DNA of 64,000 nt from Leptolyngbyaceae cyanobacterium. Lineage in GTDB: Bacteria > Cyanobacteriota > Cyanobacteriia > Phormidesmidales > Phormidesmidaceae. Of this stretch, positions 39,198-49,560 are shown in pieces. The position numbers were made by a program, and so were the translations under genes. The notes below the pieces were generated by a model that was given only the letters and a program-made list of their open reading frames with translations, did no database searches and was not told where the DNA came from. The stretch is taken from positions 38,312-102,311 of the forward strand of contig CBDHHL010000014.1 of assembly GCA_965263355.1 (NCBI GenBank), given 5' to 3'. Numbering within the stretch: the first letter of the stretch is position 1; each line of letters starts with the position of its first letter.

Positions 39198-39412
39198 TGG
39201 ATTCTATTGACAAAAATGAACTTTAGCGTTATTTTCGGGGAATATACCCCATCTATGTGTGGGGCATTAGAGCCAGTCTCTATCTAAAAAAAATAACTCT
39301 TTGGGATCTTAAGCCAGACTTAACCCCATGCCTGCCAGACAGCGAGAGTTTGCAAGCTATGGGGTTTTGTTGTGGCAAACGACCCTAATCAATTTAAGGT
39401 TCCAAGGAAACA

Positions 39413-40585
39413 ATGCCTAATACTGTCGCTGGTTTAACTCCCGAAGCGGAGATCCGGGTCTTAGAAGTGCTGCGCGAGAGCATGGCAATGACCCGTTTGG
39501 TTACTGTAAATAAAGATGATATTCAAGTGCCCGTTCGTCGGGGTTCTACTGTGGATATCAATCAAATTAATGAATTTACGACCCGTCAAGTTGTACCCGG
39601 TGTTACACCTCCAGCTACTGGCGAGAATGAGATTGATCCTAAAGTTGATCGACTGACGCTAGACCAGCATGAAGAGTCTAGTTTTATTTTGACGAACCAA
39701 GAATTACTGGCTATTTCTGCCGGTGAATCTGAAACGTTTGACGAAGCGATTCGCTCGGTTTGTTATAGCGTCAATGCGTCCTTGACCGGACTTTACACTC
39801 ACGTATATAACGCAGTTGGGACACCTGGCACGACTCCATTTGTAGCTGACACTCAGGTCTTAGGTGATGCGAACGCGTTACTTGATATTGCTAAAGCGCC
39901 CATGTCGATGCGTCGATTGACGCTAGACCCATTTAGCTACAACCAGGCTACTCAGTTGGGTATTTTCCAGCGGGTAAATGAGTCTGGGACCAGCCAAGCA
40001 TTGCGTGATGCGATGATTCCTAGGGCTGTTGGTTATGACTGGGGGATGGATCAGCAAGTCGCTCAACATACCTCCACGGCAGCCGGTGCTTATGCTATTG
40101 CAGCAGCTGCAACCGCAGGCGTAAATAGTCGCACGATTACCGTTGATAATGGCGCAGGTGCGTTACCGACGCCTATGGCCCCTGGTGATTTATTCACGAT
40201 CGCTGGTTCGACTCAGCAATATTCAGTGGTTAGTTATACGGCTAACGCGACTGATGCGACGGTTGTTATTAGCCCTGGATTGGTTGCTGACGTGAACCCA
40301 GCTGATGCGATTACCATTTCTGCAGCCTCGGCAAACCATCGGGCAAATTTAGCGTTTCACCGTAGTGCGTTTCATATCGCGACTCGGATTGAAGCGCAAG
40401 CTGATTTGTCTGTCCTGCCAGGGTATCGGTCTAATCGAGTTCGTTCTACGATTACTGATCCTCAGACTGGCGTTGCGATGACCGTTGAATTCTACGACGA
40501 ATATCACCAGACTCGTTGCGAAGTCTCTGTTATGTGGGGCGTTGTTTGCGCTCGTCCACAGCTTGCCTGTCGTATTTTGGGTTAA
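39413..40585 (+). CDS. Major capsid protein (P22 coat-like)
   Basis: RGSTVDI, NLAFHRSAF and C-terminal WG...RPQLACRILG motifs. Confidence 0.85.
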   Translation: MPNTVAGLTPEAEIRVLEVLRESMAMTRLVTVNKDDIQVPVRRGSTVDINQINEFTTRQVVPGVTPPATGENEIDPKVDRLTLDQHEESSFILTNQELLAISAGESETFDEAIRSVCYSVNASLTGLYTHVYNAVGTPGTTPFVADTQVLGDANALLDIAKAPMSMRRLTLDPFSYNQATQLGIFQRVNESGTSQALRDAMIPRAVGYDWGMDQQVAQHTSTAAGAYAIAAAATAGVNSRTITVDNGAGALPTPMAPGDLFTIAGSTQQYSVVSYTANATDATVVISPGLVADVNPADAITISAASANHRANLAFHRSAFHIATRIEAQADLSVLPGYRSNRVRSTITDPQTGVAMTVEFYDEYHQTRCEVSVMWGVVCARPQLACRILG

Positions 40586-40588
40586 TAA

Positions 40589-40873
40589 ATGTCTTTTCAA
40601 ATCTTAGAAACCGTTGAAATCAAAAATGGCGAGGGGTTTCTACGGATTAATAAACGAGACTTTGACCCAGATAAGCACATTCTTTTAGATGCTGATGATC
40701 CAGTTATCAAAAAGAATGTGCCAGACAGGGCTAGCCGCGAAGAGGAGCTAAGAACTGAATCTTGGCAAACGCTCAAGGCGTTAGCTGCAGCGTTAGATCC
40801 TCCAATTACTGAAAAACCAGATAACGGCTGGGATGAAGTGATTCCTTTTATCCTGGCTCAGGAGTTTGATTAG
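40589..40873 (+). CDS. Small head-associated protein
   Basis: INKRDFDPDKH motif plus a HeH-like tail; directly after the capsid gene. Confidence 0.55.
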   Translation: MSFQILETVEIKNGEGFLRINKRDFDPDKHILLDADDPVIKKNVPDRASREEELRTESWQTLKALAAALDPPITEKPDNGWDEVIPFILAQEFD

Positions 40874-42438
40874 TGGTAAAAAATACCATCCATGGCTGGG
40901 AACGTGTCACTAATCAGGCAATCCCTGTCAATGTTGATGCAGGCGGCAATCTTTTAGTTGTTGGGACCAGTGGTGTATCTACAAATATTTACGCCACTGT
41001 TCAGGGTGCTGCAGGTGGCGGAGTTGGCTATAACGCTGGTGACGTTTTAGTCCTTAGGCAAATTGGAACAGACCCACCAGAATGGTTTAACACAACGTCT
41101 AATACAGTTTTAGCGACTGCCCCAACAAACGTTGAACCTGTTGGCGGTGTAGCTGGGACAACTCAGGTTACAAATTTTCCTGCAACAGTTTCCACAAGTT
41201 CTGGCCTTGTCGATGCAAACACGCCTCGATTTACTTTGGCGAGTGATGACATAGACCAGTTGGCCCCATCGCCAACCGCAACGCCTTATCAAATTAATGG
41301 TGCTGGGCCTGTGCTGTTTGGGGTTCTTTCAAGAGATAGAACGACTCTAACTAACATCCCATCAGGTGTCGATATTACGATTGGCACCGGGCCAACAGAA
41401 GCCCAGCTGACAGCAAGTTCTTCCACTGGCGGTTTAGGCTCGCTTGAATCTGTCACTTACGATATTAGTGATGGGGCCGGTGGCACCATCAGCACGGGGA
41501 ACAGTGGCTTTGCGGTCATTGGTCGCGACGATCTTGTTTATCCCACGGCGAATGACGCGTTTGCCGATGAGAACGGAATTACGATTGGAACTGCTAATGG
41601 GAACGCGATCGTTACGGCAGTAGTTGGAGCTTCGAGCACTAACGACCCGATACTGTTAGTTTCTGAATCTGTTCTCGAAATCCCAGTAACTGGCGATGCA
41701 GCAGCCACAGCAAACAGGCCAATTGCAGGCGGGCTTATTACGGGTGCAACTGGATTTACTGTGGCCCCTGTAACGACGTTCGCGACTATCACGTTTGAAA
41801 TTGCTCAAGATAGGCTTGCTCAAATCAACACTGAAAGCGAGACGACGGCGGTCGCAACAGAAAATGAGTGGTTGTTAATTTACACAATTGATGGCACTAC
41901 GCCGAACCCCACGATCGCATCAGAGTTAGGGCAATGGGCAAGCAATGGAACCACGATAACGATTAGCCGCAGTGCATTGGAGGCATTGCGAGTATTCGGC
42001 AACCAAGATATTGCGGGGGCAGCTACAGCATTTAGCCGCTCGCGAATGACGATCCGTCAGTATCAAGGGGCGTTCCCTGGCCCTAAGGTTGCTAGGAATA
42101 AGCCCGACCTGTCTTGGTTCTTGACGGGTGGGGTTACGGGTGGTAACACAGCTGTCCAACAAAGTGCATCGGCTCCGGTCGTACTTAGTGCCAATCTCAA
42201 CACTGATCAACAGTTAGTGCCTGCGAATCCAAGTAGAGTAAACGTAGTCATTCGGAATAGTACAAATCAGACTGTTTACGTCCAATACGGCTCTACTGCT
42301 GCCCAAACGACCGGCGGGAATTATGTCTACACAATTCCGGCTAGTCGATTTGAAACGGATGATTTTAATGGCGAGATTCGAGTAATCGCAGAAGCGGCGG
42401 CAACTGGTGAAATTGTTGCAAGAGAGGTTGTGCAGTAA
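40873..42438 (+). CDS. Putative virion decoration/fibre protein
   Basis: T/G/A-rich beta protein with a C-terminal NPSRVNVVIRN...VYV domain. Confidence 0.55.
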   Translation: MVKNTIHGWERVTNQAIPVNVDAGGNLLVVGTSGVSTNIYATVQGAAGGGVGYNAGDVLVLRQIGTDPPEWFNTTSNTVLATAPTNVEPVGGVAGTTQVTNFPATVSTSSGLVDANTPRFTLASDDIDQLAPSPTATPYQINGAGPVLFGVLSRDRTTLTNIPSGVDITIGTGPTEAQLTASSSTGGLGSLESVTYDISDGAGGTISTGNSGFAVIGRDDLVYPTANDAFADENGITIGTANGNAIVTAVVGASSTNDPILLVSESVLEIPVTGDAAATANRPIAGGLITGATGFTVAPVTTFATITFEIAQDRLAQINTESETTAVATENEWLLIYTIDGTTPNPTIASELGQWASNGTTITISRSALEALRVFGNQDIAGAATAFSRSRMTIRQYQGAFPGPKVARNKPDLSWFLTGGVTGGNTAVQQSASAPVVLSANLNTDQQLVPANPSRVNVVIRNSTNQTVYVQYGSTAAQTTGGNYVYTIPASRFETDDFNGEIRVIAEAAATGEIVAREVVQ

Positions 42439-43091
42439 TGGCTCCTATTGGTGGGAAATTCATTTCGTCCAGGTTCCCTGATAGTATGGCCTGGCTTGCG
42501 ATGCCTGCCAATGGCGCGCCAGGTTCAGCTCAGCCAACGAATATCACGTTTAGGCCAAACAGTAACGATCCTGAGGATGCAAAAGTCCCACTAATTAGAA
42601 CAACCTTCACGTTTGGCACGGGCGGAGCCGCGAGAGTTTCACAGGCCAGGATTAAAGGACCAAAAATTAAGCTACTGGACTCTAGCGGGGCTGAAATCCC
42701 TGAAGGTTCTAGTACCGTTGGCAAGGACTTCGAATTTCAAAACGGCTTCTTCTATAGGGGCCACTACAATTTTGGATTCCAAAATTGGAGCAATGGCGAG
42801 TATATCGATATCGGGCTAATGGACGCTGATCTATTTGAGGCTCAAGTCATTGCCTCAGATCCGGGTCCGCACGCAGCTGGTCTATTGAATTACCAAGCGG
42901 ACGGCACTGGGGAGAACGATAATACAGGCACGTTGCGGTTATTGGCTGGCGAGTTTTATTTGGACCTATCAGGAGAAACAAGCCCTAAAAAGTTGTGTCT
43001 GGGGGCTTATAACGCTGATGGAGGATCAAACAGCACCAAGGGGTTGACCTGGTGGCACATGTCGTTGTTTATCTATGAGGTGATGGTGTGA
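42438..43091 (+). CDS. Hypothetical structural protein
   Basis: Translationally coupled within the late operon. Confidence 0.5.
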   Translation: MAPIGGKFISSRFPDSMAWLAMPANGAPGSAQPTNITFRPNSNDPEDAKVPLIRTTFTFGTGGAARVSQARIKGPKIKLLDSSGAEIPEGSSTVGKDFEFQNGFFYRGHYNFGFQNWSNGEYIDIGLMDADLFEAQVIASDPGPHAAGLLNYQADGTGENDNTGTLRLLAGEFYLDLSGETSPKKLCLGAYNADGGSNSTKGLTWWHMSLFIYEVMV

Positions 43092-43285
43092 GCAGTGCTG
43101 AAGTATTGAAGGCTATCCCTATCGGAAAGTTGGCTGCTGGCCAATCAGTAACTATTGAGCTGGCTAATAAAAGCATGGTTGAGCTGTTTTTTAATGCGAC
43201 TAATCAGCTTGTTGTTTTCAATAAAGATGATAGCGATTTATATTATGCCGGGGCTTATCTTGAGTCAGTAGAGGAGGAGGATTAA
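43088..43285 (+). CDS. Hypothetical protein
   Basis: GTGA overlap with the upstream gene. Confidence 0.5.
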   Translation: MSSAEVLKAIPIGKLAAGQSVTIELANKSMVELFFNATNQLVVFNKDDSDLYYAGAYLESVEEED

Positions 43286-43287
43286 TA

Positions 43288-43926
43288 ATGCCAGCTATCG
43301 GTGCTTTTCTCCCAGCGGTTCAATCATCTAGCTCTACAACAACGCCTCAGAATACTTACGAAGAAACGATACGATTGAATTCTCAATTTGCTGCTGCGAC
43401 CACTGCAACAGTGAATCGTATCGCTACCAATGGTGGCCCTGGGGCTGCAACAGGAACAGACGGCAGTCAATTCACAATATCCTCTGCTGACTTTGCAAGC
43501 ATTCAAGCAATATATGTTGTTCCGTCAATTGGCAACAGTAACGGTTCACAGCTTTGGTATCAGGGATTGAATTACACAACTGGGGTTAATGAATTTGGCG
43601 TTGAAGGGCCAACCCCGCAACCGGGAACGCTTGATGGGGACACGTTCACCCAGGATATAACCTGGCAGGCTGGATTCGGACTAACCGGCACAGGCACCGC
43701 AGCCGAAGCGATCACAGTTACTCTGAACGCGGCTGCCTTGACCCATATAGACGGAAGCAACAGCGTGACCGTTGATACTGACGGCAATTGGTTTTTCTAT
43801 CCCAATGCGCCACAAGTCGACGACCCAACGGCATCACTGATAGAGGTTCGTTCGAACGGAGTCGTTATTTCAACGTTCACCGTTCAGCACTGTGCAGTTG
43901 AAATCCAGCTCAGGAGGACGTTCTAA
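43288..43926 (+). CDS. Hypothetical structural protein
   Basis: T-rich; GGAGGA RBS. Confidence 0.5.
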   Translation: MPAIGAFLPAVQSSSSTTTPQNTYEETIRLNSQFAAATTATVNRIATNGGPGAATGTDGSQFTISSADFASIQAIYVVPSIGNSNGSQLWYQGLNYTTGVNEFGVEGPTPQPGTLDGDTFTQDITWQAGFGLTGTGTAAEAITVTLNAAALTHIDGSNSVTVDTDGNWFFYPNAPQVDDPTASLIEVRSNGVVISTFTVQHCAVEIQLRRTF

Positions 43927-45725
43927 TGCCCTACACAGGAAAGGGTAGGGGCTCCTACGGTGGACGTGACACTGCCTACAGGCTTAGGAATGCTCGCGCC
44001 ATCCAACGGCAACAGGCCGCGACAGCGCCTGACACTACGCCCCCACCAACCGGTAATTTCGCTATAAATGCAATCTCACCAATATCTGTAGTCGGTAACG
44101 GACAAGAGCTGACCCTTCAGCCAACAGTAATTAATGAAGCTGCAACGCCAACGTGGTCATTTTCGGGATTGCCAACGGATTGGACGGGAGACACGGCAAC
44201 CGGATTAATCCAGGGAACCCAAACTTCCGTTGACCAGTCGACCCCGCTCACTGCCTCTGTTACTGTGACCGCTAATGACGGTGTCGAATCTGTCAATGAA
44301 ACGGCATCTATCACGATTAATCCCCCACCACTAGCACTTGCTTCAATGCCAGCCGGAACCCCGATTTTATTTATCGGTTCCGGTCAATCGAATTGGGTTA
44401 GTACCGCTCAGTCTGCACCAGCGTATGCAGACACACCGATCGCGAATGCAGTAATCCAAAATAGCGCTGGTTCTTTTATTCCGTTTGAGCATAACCCTGG
44501 TTTTTCTAGGCCACAGGACTATTTTGCAAGGGATTTTGAGGTTCAATATCCCAACCTGAGACTATTAGTCGTTGAGCATGGCGACGGCGGGAACGGGTTT
44601 GAGTCTGGCACTGGAACTTTTGCGGTTGGGGGAGCTGCTAGGAATACTCTTTTCAACTTTATTGAAAACGCGTGGCAACGTTTGAGGCTGGGGAATGTTC
44701 CCTTTGTTGTGTGGGGAATGTTCTGGATTCAAGGCAATGCCGACGCCAACAACCTAGCCGAAGCACAGGCTCATGGAACGCAGCTGCCCATATTTTTTGA
44801 TGATATTGATGCATTGTTCGGATTTCATATTCCTAAGGTTGTCGCTCGCTTTTGGTCAGTAAACTACGAGAATCCGACGACGCCGCAAACTCCAAACGTT
44901 CAGGAAATCCGAGACGACCACGAAGCTTTGAGTGATGCCTGGACGAACCTGGACGACATCACAAACGTTGCTCAGGGGATGGGCACTGATAACGTCCACT
45001 ATAATCAGACCGGAAATCAAAAAAATGCAGCGCGAGCATTGGCGGCTTTGAACTCGCTACCGGCTCCAACTTTGATTGACCCAAACCAAGGCATTCATAT
45101 TGACGGTCGAGACATCACAGACGTTAATAATCTGCCTGCAGAAATAACACTGGTCTCCCCTGACAGCAGCGTTTTGTTAGCTCCACAGAACCTGGTAGGG
45201 ATGCGAATCAGGCGAAATAATTCACCAGGCGTTTACGGGACTTATTATCTCAGAGCTACTAGCCCAATGAGTTGGGATAATGCAGTTGTGATCAGCATGC
45301 GGACGGGAACCAATGCCGCAGATCAGAACGTGGCGGGCATCAGTCAGGACCCGGCAGCCTGGGATGCTCGCACGGACAACACAACAATTGTTTGGAGAAA
45401 CAATACCGGGGAATTGATGATTGATAACACAGTCGTTGATACTTTTGCTGGGGCGATTGCTGCCAACCAATTTATCCAACTACAATTCCAACGGATAGAC
45501 GATGATATCAGAGTTGAGATATTTAGTCTTTCGATTGGAACCCTCGAGGTCTTTCAATCATTTGCCAGATATTTCAGGAATCCGTTAGCGCCATTGGCTA
45601 CCTACACCTGGGTTGATGGGGCATTGACACTAACCAATCCAATCCCGTTTTTAGATGCCCATGGGGCGGGAACCGACTTTAGATTTTTGTTGTTCAAAGA
45701 GGCTCTTAAGGAGGTTGGTGCATGA
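43926..45725 (+). CDS. Ig-like (He_PIG) plus SGNH/sialate O-acetylesterase-like virion protein
   Basis: GLPTDW...TGLIQGT Ig repeat; GQSN, WIQG.AD and DNVHY catalytic motifs. Confidence 0.75.
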   Translation: MPYTGKGRGSYGGRDTAYRLRNARAIQRQQAATAPDTTPPPTGNFAINAISPISVVGNGQELTLQPTVINEAATPTWSFSGLPTDWTGDTATGLIQGTQTSVDQSTPLTASVTVTANDGVESVNETASITINPPPLALASMPAGTPILFIGSGQSNWVSTAQSAPAYADTPIANAVIQNSAGSFIPFEHNPGFSRPQDYFARDFEVQYPNLRLLVVEHGDGGNGFESGTGTFAVGGAARNTLFNFIENAWQRLRLGNVPFVVWGMFWIQGNADANNLAEAQAHGTQLPIFFDDIDALFGFHIPKVVARFWSVNYENPTTPQTPNVQEIRDDHEALSDAWTNLDDITNVAQGMGTDNVHYNQTGNQKNAARALAALNSLPAPTLIDPNQGIHIDGRDITDVNNLPAEITLVSPDSSVLLAPQNLVGMRIRRNNSPGVYGTYYLRATSPMSWDNAVVISMRTGTNAADQNVAGISQDPAAWDARTDNTTIVWRNNTGELMIDNTVVDTFAGAIAANQFIQLQFQRIDDDIRVEIFSLSIGTLEVFQSFARYFRNPLAPLATYTWVDGALTLTNPIPFLDAHGAGTDFRFLLFKEALKEVGA

Positions 45726-46582
45726 CCTTACTGACTAGTGGACAGGTGGCAAAACCAGCTAGCGCTCTAACGGCTAGCACGCAGACTGAATCACTGATAA
45801 CTGAAACCGATAAATATAGGGCGACTGCAGACATCGCAGCTTTGGCAATTACTAAAAACGACATCATCACAAACACAATCACCCGTGATTCTACAGGAGT
45901 AATTCAGAATCAAACTTGGCGCAATCAAACAACCGCAACAGATCTCGTAACAGTCCCCACGGCTCTGCAAATATCGTCCTTTCTTAGGCCAGTTGATGCG
46001 ATCGCAAATCAAGCGATTATCGGCTACGAAACTTTGCCCATTCCAGTCCTATCGAACGATACGGTCACGACTGCGGTATTCACCAACCCAGCTGCAGGGG
46101 GTTCTGTCGCGATTGAGGTAGCGGATGTAACGGGTTATGCAGTCAATCAGGTTATCAATGTCTGGGGGATTATCCTGCCAGACGTGTTCCGCTATGGTTC
46201 CTATTCAATCACGGGCATCGTTGGCAACACAATTACCGGGACTCTATTGGAGGGACTTGCTAACTGGCAAATTACAGTGACGAATACGGGCGAATCAACG
46301 ACGGATGGCACGGTACCCCCTGGGGCAAGAGTGACCAACAAATCAATGCTTCGGCAAATCCCTGCAACTGCTGAAGCTGTTGAATACACGGTATCTTCAG
46401 CAATCCCTGACGACGGCACCCGGTTTGTCAGAACGACGTTGATTAACCAAGAAATTACGACTGCTCCTGAATTGTATCAAGGTAGTAGCGATATTTTGGA
46501 AACCAAGGTCAATCTAGCTTGTACTCAGTTCACAGCGACTGAAAGCGATGTTGTTGTTAATGCTGAGTATTCAGAGGGTTAA
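45722..46582 (+). CDS. Hypothetical structural protein
   Basis: T-rich beta composition in the late operon. Confidence 0.5.
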   Translation: MTLLTSGQVAKPASALTASTQTESLITETDKYRATADIAALAITKNDIITNTITRDSTGVIQNQTWRNQTTATDLVTVPTALQISSFLRPVDAIANQAIIGYETLPIPVLSNDTVTTAVFTNPAAGGSVAIEVADVTGYAVNQVINVWGIILPDVFRYGSYSITGIVGNTITGTLLEGLANWQITVTNTGESTTDGTVPPGARVTNKSMLRQIPATAEAVEYTVSSAIPDDGTRFVRTTLINQEITTAPELYQGSSDILETKVNLACTQFTATESDVVVNAEYSEG

Positions 46583-46585
46583 TAA

Positions 46586-48406
46586 ATGACTAGGCAGAGA
46601 ATAATTAGGACCAGGGCAAGTCAATCAGTAATCAGATCTTTTTTGGTTGACTCTAATTCGCCAGCGATAGCCAATAGCAATGTTACTCATGGCGTTTTTC
46701 ATGTTGATACTAGACTAGGGCCTGCAACCATTCAGCTGCCTGCTAACCCTCGTAATTTTCAGAGATGGGAGATCAGTGACGATTATTGGGCGCTAAGCGA
46801 TACAAATACTCTCACTATTGACCTAAACGGAAAGCAGCTAAACAGAGAAAACCCGCCAAACGGAAATTATATATTGACAGAGCCAGGGACCATTGAATTC
46901 CTACACTACGATCAAACCCTCGACAGTTGGCTTACTAATGAAGTTTGGATTCAGGGCGGTTCTTCAGCGCCAAATGCAGCAGACATCACAATTCCTGTAA
47001 TCGCTGGACTCGCAACCAACGGCTCATGGGAAGTTGCGACGAACACCGGTCGAATCCTGGTCACTTATACTGATAACGTTGAAATTGATGTCGCAACCAT
47101 CACACCAATAGAATTTGTTGCGCCTACTGAGCTAGGCTTAGCGGCTAATGCAACGATCAGCCTAACCCCTGACACTACAGGCTTGACGAATGGGACAAGC
47201 GTTGTTGTGCCCTATGATTTTACTTTGCCAGGTGCGCTTACTTTCGTCGACATGTACACGGTCGAATCATTGAGCGTTCAAGCCGCTGGGACCAATGTGA
47301 TCTCAGACACTAGCGGCAATTCAATTTTGCCTGGAACTGCTATGGGCAATGTCGATATTGACCTAAGAGCAACCATAACGGCAACGTTTGACAGCGACGG
47401 GGCCACAGCATTCAACTTTAATACTGCTCTGGCTGATGCTGACACAAGACTTCCTGTCTACACGTTTAGCGATGGCCAGCCAGCTCAGACAATAGAAGAC
47501 TTGAGCGGAATTGTTTTAGCGACTGGAACGCAGACAATTACGGCAAGTCTACCCGCAACGGCGACGGAAGTTGACATCCAAGATGCAAGATTGACCAACC
47601 TTGCTGGGCTTGAGAATTGGATAGCAAAAGAAAAAATCGTTCTGGATGACAATTTGTTGATAAACCTCCCGAGCGGCCTTTTTATCGGAGCAAACTCGCT
47701 AGAAAATGTTAGTGTCACTAATAACAATATCAGTGTTATCCCCCCAGAAATTGCTAACGCGACAGCGCTAAGATCACTGACTTTAACTAGTAACTCCATT
47801 ACAGCACTCCCCACTGAAATTTCTGGGCTGACAAATCTTGTTACGTTTATTGTCAACTCTAATCAGTTGACTGCATTGCCGCCAGAAATTAGCAGCTTGA
47901 CTTCAATGCGAACATTTCAGGCCAATCAAAACGATATTACTAATGCAGGCCTACCCGCTCAATTATGGGCATTGCCCGCGTTGCAAACACTGAGTTTGAC
48001 AGGCAACCAGCTAACGACTATCCCTGACGCAATCTCAAGCTTAGCAGGAACATTAAGGCGATTATTCCTAGGCAACAATCAGATTGTCTCAGCAAATATT
48101 ACAAACAATATGGCACTGCTGACCAGTCTTACAAATCTAGGTCTCGAAGGCAATTCATTAACCAGCTTGCCTGCTTCTATCGCTGGGATCTCAAGCTTGA
48201 TCAGTCTGAATTTATACAATCAAGGGTCGACAATGACGAGCGCCGTTGTAGATCAATTCTTGGCGGCATTAGTCGCGGGGCAACCGTGGGATGCATCAGC
48301 AACCATTAATATTGGAGTCAGCTCACCAGCTCCAACAGCGGCTGGCTTAGCCGACAAGACAACGCTAGAGACAGGAACGCCAGCGCACACCGTAACAACT
48401 AACTAG
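46586..48406 (+). CDS. Fibre-like protein with C-terminal leucine-rich repeats
   Basis: VDTRLGPATIQLP...LTIDLNG fibre motif; about 9 LxxLxLxxNxLxxLP repeats. Confidence 0.8.
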   Translation: MTRQRIIRTRASQSVIRSFLVDSNSPAIANSNVTHGVFHVDTRLGPATIQLPANPRNFQRWEISDDYWALSDTNTLTIDLNGKQLNRENPPNGNYILTEPGTIEFLHYDQTLDSWLTNEVWIQGGSSAPNAADITIPVIAGLATNGSWEVATNTGRILVTYTDNVEIDVATITPIEFVAPTELGLAANATISLTPDTTGLTNGTSVVVPYDFTLPGALTFVDMYTVESLSVQAAGTNVISDTSGNSILPGTAMGNVDIDLRATITATFDSDGATAFNFNTALADADTRLPVYTFSDGQPAQTIEDLSGIVLATGTQTITASLPATATEVDIQDARLTNLAGLENWIAKEKIVLDDNLLINLPSGLFIGANSLENVSVTNNNISVIPPEIANATALRSLTLTSNSITALPTEISGLTNLVTFIVNSNQLTALPPEISSLTSMRTFQANQNDITNAGLPAQLWALPALQTLSLTGNQLTTIPDAISSLAGTLRRLFLGNNQIVSANITNNMALLTSLTNLGLEGNSLTSLPASIAGISSLISLNLYNQGSTMTSAVVDQFLAALVAGQPWDASATINIGVSSPAPTAAGLADKTTLETGTPAHTVTTN

Positions 48407-48414
48407 GGGGCAAA

Positions 48415-49560
48415 ATGGTCGATCAACTCGTTTTTAGAACAGTCTCAGGCGATACCGGCAATGAAGTTCCGGACACCCAAGAAGATAAACTGGCAATGCT
48501 TTTGCCGGAGATTCCTGGCGGGTATGATCCAGCGCTAGTGGGTGGTTATCTTACGGGCGCTCAGGTCTTTCATGGAGGCACGCTTTACACGGCAAATAAG
48601 GCGAGCCTTGACCCACCGGGGCCTTTCGCAGCGGCAGATTGGGACACGTTTGTTACGGAGGACGATGGAAAAGAGATCACTCAGCAGCTGGACGGTGCAA
48701 CGCTGGGCTATGCGTCCATTGGTTATCTGCAGAACGGTGGAACTTACCCACTGACGACAAATATAAATACAGCTAAAAAAGTTGACGCGATTATCCCTCC
48801 AAACAGCGCTGTTACCGTCGACGGAACACTTTACACAAACGCAAGCTTAACTGAATCTCAAGGGCTTAAGCTTTATAACGATGGGACAGGCTGGGTTAGG
48901 GAATCGGCAGGCGCTGAAGTCCCATCGAGCAGCCTCAGCTTCCAAGGACTGACATCGTTTTTCCAGTGGACTGGGAATGTGACTTTGGGCACATCGGGAA
49001 CTGAATCGCCCATCAGCATGGGCAATGGGACAGCGGTTGACCTGTCTCTAGCTACCCATGCCCTTTTTACCTATAAGGCGTTTCTATCGGCTAACAATCC
49101 CTATCTCTTTAGTGACTTGCAGGATCTTACTGCAGATCCCAGTACTCCGTATCTATCGCTGGTCTATAACAACGGTCACATAGACGTGGAGTACGACCGG
49201 GCACAAACCGATCTCTCGGTGGGAGATATCATTTTCAGGCGAGGGGGATCTTATCAGGTAGTTTTAGTAAAGGCCGAGTTTTTTACACTGATTGAGACCG
49301 GATTAACAGCCCCTACTACCCATGTAGTCTCTTTGGACCAGGCGGGAAGCGTTAAAACGTTTCTAAACGGTCAGACCTTTGTTAATCTCATGGATATGAA
49401 GTTTGCCGAAGTAGCGGTGACCTTGGACCCTGGTTTTAGATTAGCCCTAGCGAACCCTAACCCGGCCCCGGGAGTGACTATACGAGATTATGACCTAGGG
49501 ATAATCAGCGTTGTTACTGCCTCAGACAGAACCCTTAGACTAGAGCAGGAAGCAATATAA
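48415..49560 (+). CDS. Putative virion protein with a carbohydrate-binding-like motif
   Basis: Y..G..V.H.G..Y.A...W pattern resembling CBM5/12. Confidence 0.5.
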   Translation: MVDQLVFRTVSGDTGNEVPDTQEDKLAMLLPEIPGGYDPALVGGYLTGAQVFHGGTLYTANKASLDPPGPFAAADWDTFVTEDDGKEITQQLDGATLGYASIGYLQNGGTYPLTTNINTAKKVDAIIPPNSAVTVDGTLYTNASLTESQGLKLYNDGTGWVRESAGAEVPSSSLSFQGLTSFFQWTGNVTLGTSGTESPISMGNGTAVDLSLATHALFTYKAFLSANNPYLFSDLQDLTADPSTPYLSLVYNNGHIDVEYDRAQTDLSVGDIIFRRGGSYQVVLVKAEFFTLIETGLTAPTTHVVSLDQAGSVKTFLNGQTFVNLMDMKFAEVAVTLDPGFRLALANPNPAPGVTIRDYDLGIISVVTASDRTLRLEQEAI

